This document shows, piece by piece, positions 6,923 to 10,003 of a stretch of 10,003 nucleotides of DNA. Every line of letters begins with the position of its first letter. Positions within the stretch are counted from its first letter, which is position 1. The position numbers and the translations under genes are program-made. This DNA comes from Candidatus Sericytochromatia bacterium (GTDB lineage: Bacteria; Cyanobacteriota; Sericytochromatia; S15B-MN24; JAQBPE01), in NCBI GenBank assembly GCA_040400605.1, contig JBBAPZ010000043.1, positions 1-10,003 of the forward strand, in the 5' to 3' direction. The notes beneath the pieces were generated by a model. That model saw nothing but the letters and a program-made list of their open reading frames with translations. It had not been told where the DNA came from and did not search any database.

Positions 6923-7642
6923 TTAGTTCGAACCGTGAACACGCCAAGGGTCGCGAGACTCCGACTTAACAGTAGGGACTCCGTTTTTTTTCCAATCGAA
7001 TTTCCCGGAGTGGAAGGCGTCAAACGCCTCCCTCGTGTCTCGGCCCTTCTGCCGGAGGGTTAAATAATCATAGCCCTGTTTCTCTATGACTGCACCGTCA
7101 ACAAAGTTAGCTTCAAGGTCTCTCGGTAACTTGCGAACTTTACTGAGATCCGAATAGGCAACGTTTGAATGTTTGATCCCACCAAGATCCGCTAGCCCCA
7201 AAAGTTTTGAATTATCCAGGTCCAATCCCTTGACATTTTCGAATATGGCGCCGCGAAAATTTGCCTTACTAAGGTTTGCGCCAGTGAAATCTACATTAAC
7301 GAGGCGCGCACCCTGGAATCGCGCACCATATAAATCCGCTTTTACGAAACTGGTATCTTGGATGATTGCGCCGTCAAAGTTGTGACCACGGAAAACTTTT
7401 TGCTGAAGTCTTGACCAGTCAAGGTGAAACGACGGTTTTGAAGCGAGGGTTGTACAGCCTTGACAAGTGCTTGAGATATTGGCATCTAAGGTTCTCCTGT
7501 TCAAGCGGTTCTGAGTAACACTTGATTTAAACTGGCCAACATGCTGAAATTCTCGATAAGAAAGTGTTAAGTTTACGTGTCTGGGTGTTAATCTCTGGAG
7601 ATCTCGCGCCAATTGTACAGTTGCCCTTGAGCAGGTTGACAC
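6923..7642 (-). CDS. Pentapeptide-repeat protein, probably 5'-truncated
   Basis: Run of A(D/N)(L/F)xx pentapeptides: HNFDG AIIQD TSFVK ADLYG ARFQG ARLVN VDFTG ANLSK ANFRG AIFEN. AT-richer than neighbours. The annotated GTG start lies inside a putative IS end and has no RBS. Confidence 0.65.
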   Translation of the reverse strand: MSTCSRATVQLARDLQRLTPRHVNLTLSYREFQHVGQFKSSVTQNRLNRRTLDANISSTCQGCTTLASKPSFHLDWSRLQQKVFRGHNFDGAIIQDTSFVKADLYGARFQGARLVNVDFTGANLSKANFRGAIFENVKGLDLDNSKLLGLADLGGIKHSNVAYSDLSKVRKLPRDLEANFVDGAVIEKQGYDYLTLRQKGRDTREAFDAFHSGKFDWKKNGVPTVKSESRDPWRVHGSN

Positions 7643-7804
7643 TTTCTGTCGCGATAAATCCCCTTCAGAACCCTACCGAAGGAGGGCACCACAATGCCCG
7701 GTTCAGGGAAGGTCTTGCAATAGCCTGAGATCGAGGAGCGATGTGGACGGCCTGATCGTCGCACGGCTGATGAGCGCAAGACGGCCGTTCTGGATGTCGC
7801 CTGA
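7614..7804 (+). mobile_element. Probable IS3-family left end with decayed transposase orfA start
   Basis: TGTACAGTTGCCCTTGAGCAGGTTGACACTTT resembles IS3-family IRL. Strong AAGGAGG RBS, then ATG 7694: MPGSGKVLQ*PEIEERCGRPDRRTADERKTAVLDVA*. The GRP.RR...ER..AVL pattern resembles the start of IS3-type OrfA HTH; in-frame TAG at 7721. Confidence 0.5.
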
Positions 7805-7864
7805 CACTGCTATTGAAACGTACTTTATCTGGTATGTCTGTCACACACCATATTGGCACAAAGG

Positions 7865-8407
7865 GCTTACTTGCCGGGTTGGGACATCCCCAAGATGCAG
7901 CCTGCCTTGTTCACCACCCATTTCGGCCTGGTGAGTGATTTTTTATCCGAGTGCTTCACGCGTTTGCGTTTGAAGAACCGCATGTCAGCGGTTCACGGGC
8001 GGGTGTATTTCGGTGGTGCGTTGTCGGGGCGTGACATCAACGGGGTGAACAAGACGGTGAGTGGTTTGTTGAAGTTGCTGTATCCGGACCCGGAGGCGTC
8101 TGTGCCGGATGAAGACCTTGAGTGGGCGGTGCGCTTGGCTTTGGAGGTACGTCGGCGGGTTAAGGAGCAGCAAAAGCGTATCGGTGCGGCGCAGTTTTGG
8201 AATACGCACTTCAGTTACACGCTGGGGGCTGAGGGTATCGAGAAGTTTGTGGCGGAGCTGGCGGTTGAGAAAAACGCGAAGACCTTGTTGATGCCGGTGT
8301 CTTGCCGGCGGCAGCTTAATGACCTGTCCGACGAGATGGCGACCAAGCTGGACATCGAGTTTTACCAGGACGCGCGTGACGCGCTGCTAAAGTCACTGGC
8401 AGACTGA
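7865..8407 (+). pseudogene. brxL: BREX Lon-like ATPase BrxL remnant (5' truncation plus internal in-frame deletion)
   Basis: AYLPGWDIPK...HFGLVSDFLSEC...GGALSGRD...VNKTVSGLLKLLYP...RRRVKEQQKRIG...NTHFSY is the BrxL ATPase C-terminal part. It is joined directly at EKFV/AELAVEK to the BrxL extreme C-terminus LLMPVSCRRQLNDLSDEMATKLDIEFYQDARDALLK. No Walker motifs and no RBS. Confidence 0.85.
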
Positions 8408-8846
8408 ACCACTTATCGAGCAATCTGGACGTGGCTCAGTTTGAATCGGTCGACTTGGCCGGCTACAAACCGCGCTTCGTCTCTTGGTGGTGTTGTTTTC
8501 CGCTTGCAAAGCTTGCGGCCTTCGGTCTCGGTTTGCGGGCGAGAGTCATTCAGCCACGTACAGGCATCAAGAACGTGGATGATGGCAGACCAGACTGGGA
8601 ATCGAGTGATCGCCAGTGAGAGTTTCTCGTTTCTTTGATACCCCATAAAATCTGCAAGTGCTTGAAACAGTGTTTGGATTCCTGTTTCAGTGCACCCCGC
8701 CCGCAAGCTGTTGCCAAGCATCTTGTCGGTCGAATAACTTTTCCTGACAAGGTTATAACTCGATTTCCGGGATTTTTCCATCAACTGTCGACTGCGCATT
8801 TTCGATATGGGCAGGCGTGGCCGACTGGTATCAACGGGTGTCGGGG

Positions 8847-9413
8847 CTACTTGTCGAAGGTACGTTTGGTCACTTCGAGGTTAAAATCCTCGGGAGTCCA
8901 GTCACCAAGCCAGTCGCGTAGTTCCTCTGGTTCTTCGAACATGTATTGGACACCGGTTTCAAAAAATCCGAGCAGCATCCAGTAGTTACCCATGCCACCG
9001 CAGTCTTCGGGCGGGAAGGCACGTTGACCGTCCAGTAAAGCGCGGTCGAACTGTTGCGGCAGTTCAACCTTCGCGACTCGCATAACTTTGTGTACCCAGT
9101 TATCGCCGAAGTCATAGATGTAAAGGCAGGTTTTCTTCTTGTCAAACCAGGCGGATAGGTTGACGCGTCTGGCGTCAGCTTGCGCTTTGACATCGACTCC
9201 GTTGTAGTTGGGAGTTTTGGCGATGGTCTCGCCTCGTGGCTTTTGTTGAAACGCGAACAAATGATAATTGAGCCAGCCGCAGGCATCCTGAATGGCTTTG
9301 TGCAGGTCATAAAAAGTCAAGTCTGCACGCAGTAGAAACCGACGCCAGACGCGTGGCTCGGCTTCTTGCAGGCTCACTTCAAACTCGTAGTAGGTGTGCA
9401 TCACGTCTGCCAT
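8847..9413 (-). CDS. Plasmid pRiA4b ORF-3 family protein (IS1096 passenger TnpR-like), 188 aa
   Basis: Motifs P.VWRRF...TFYDLHKAIQ..GW.NYHLFAF, YIYDFGDNWVH, G.RAFPPEDCGG, PEDFNL; GAGGGG RBS 7 nt before ATG 9413. Confidence 0.92.
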   Translation of the reverse strand: MADVMHTYYEFEVSLQEAEPRVWRRFLLRADLTFYDLHKAIQDACGWLNYHLFAFQQKPRGETIAKTPNYNGVDVKAQADARRVNLSAWFDKKKTCLYIYDFGDNWVHKVMRVAKVELPQQFDRALLDGQRAFPPEDCGGMGNYWMLLGFFETGVQYMFEEPEELRDWLGDWTPEDFNLEVTKRTFDK

Positions 9414-9500
9414 TCGCGCGCCCCTCGTTGCAGTTATGATGGGAGAACAGAAGTTGCGCTCGGTGCGCCACGTGACTAGCCACAGTGGTTGAGCGACAGT

Positions 9501-9530
9501 ATCATATGCCGACCTTCGGGGCGATCGCAA
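9501..9530 (-). promoter_or_regulatory. sigma70-like promoter for the pRiA4b ORF-3 gene
   Basis: TTGCGA-N18-TATGAT on the - strand, ~90 nt upstream of the start codon. Confidence 0.45.
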
Positions 9531-9550
9531 CCTTCAGACCCTGTGCGGTG

Positions 9551-9654
9551 TGTTTGACAATGGAAAAGTGGCCCACTTTGATCGAGCAATCGAGGCCCAC
9601 CCTATCGATGTTTTTGGTTTCGGTTACGTCATCTTTTGACCTCCCGCCGGGTGA
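9551..9654 (+). mobile_element. IS21-family terminal region (element A), interrupted at 9655
   Basis: 5'-TG start (TGTTTGACAATGGAAAAGTGGCCCACTTTGATCGAGCAATCGAGGCCCACC) with the tandem internal GGCCCAC repeats typical of multi-repeat IS21 ends. Confidence 0.6.
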
Positions 9655-9948
9655 TGTTCGGCGACAATTAGAACTGCACCCGCATGGCATCACCTGTCTG
9701 ACGTCAATTAAAATTTCCTACGAGGACGCCTTGCTCGCCAGAGCACGCTCCTCACCTTTCTTTTCCGCGGCCTCCTTCACGCGGTAGCTTTCCACGCCGG
9801 CCAAGTCAAGGATCACTGAGTGGTGAACCACTCGGTCAACCGCCGCCATGGTCGTCACGAGATTCTTGAAAATCTGGTCCCATTCTGAGAACACCAGATT
9901 CGTGGAGATGACGGTGCTACGCCGCTCGTAGCGCTCCGCCAGCAGCGT
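9655..9948 (-). mobile_element. IS21-family right end with 3' part of istB (element B)
   Basis: On the - strand the istB stop is followed by TAATTGACGTCAGACA...TAATTGTCGCCGAACA-3', two repeated units ending in the terminal CA at 9655. Confidence 0.85.
9718..9948 (-). pseudogene. istB: IstB helper ATPase, C-terminal 76 aa (5' part cut off at 9948)
   Basis: Translation TLLAERYERRSTVISTNLVFSEWDQIFKNLVTTMAAVDRVVHHSVILDLAGVESYR... contains the IstB sensor I and D-R-x-x-H-H motifs. In-frame sequence upstream of 9948 (GCNSPALPKRCGFTTPLT) is not IstB-like. Confidence 0.9.
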
Positions 9949-10003
9949 TGTTAATGGTGTTGTAAATCCGCACCTTTTTGGCAGTGCAGGGCTGTTACAC
10001 CCC
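9949..10003 (+). mobile_element. Terminus of a further IS21-like element (element C) inserted in or abutting istB; continues beyond window
   Basis: TG-initiated TGTTAATGGTGTTGTAAATCCGCACCTTTTTGGCAGTGCAGGGCTGTTACACCCC starts exactly where IstB similarity stops; a second copy of its first 24 bp lies at 5437. Confidence 0.65.

Noticed and set aside
6923..7642. Qnr-type quinolone resistance gene
   Set aside because: Only about ten pentapeptide units embedded in unrelated sequence; Qnr proteins are almost entirely repeat.
8413..8799. 128-aa minus-strand ORF and overlapping 62-116-aa ORFs
   Set aside because: No RBS or recognisable domain; composition looks non-coding.
5000..9500. Integron cassette array (many small unrelated genes)
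   Set aside because: Genes are in mixed orientations with their own promoters; no repeated attC-like RYYYAAC...GTTRRRY structures and no integrase.
2678..9667. Composite transposon bounded by the matching IS21 termini
   Set aside because: The two termini are in direct, not inverted, orientation and element B extends away from the interval.
9485..9787. 100-aa + strand ORF
   Set aside because: Runs across IS terminal repeats and antisense to istB; spurious.

Overview
Accessory, heavily rearranged region (GC roughly mid-50s % by eye) with no housekeeping, rRNA/tRNA genes or CRISPR array. Left part: ~510 nt of non-coding, hairpin-rich DNA, then a divergent gene pair. One gene encodes a ~465-aa wHTH-WYL-WCX regulator (+). 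The other encodes a 217-aa protein (-) that looks like a cyanobacterial/Deinococcus-type YfbK-like VWA protein whose VWA domain is missing, with the N- and C-terminal flanks fused. Middle: a 5'-truncated XRE regulator, a six-bladed NHL-repeat lipoprotein, a small two-TM protein, a GrpB-family nucleotidyltransferase-fold gene, an uncharacterised lipoprotein (sigma28-like promoter, strong terminator) and an AT-richer pentapeptide-repeat gene fragment. Right part: a probable IS3-type left-end remnant, a doubly deleted brxL (BREX Lon-like ATPase) pseudogene, an intact pRiA4b ORF-3 family gene and three nested IS21-type ends including a truncated istB. Orphan IS21-like ends also sit at 2678 and 5437. 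Overall it reads as a decayed defence/mobile-element island. The most novel-looking candidate is the WYL + 'VWA-less' divergent module. All family calls come from motif recognition by eye, not from database searches.
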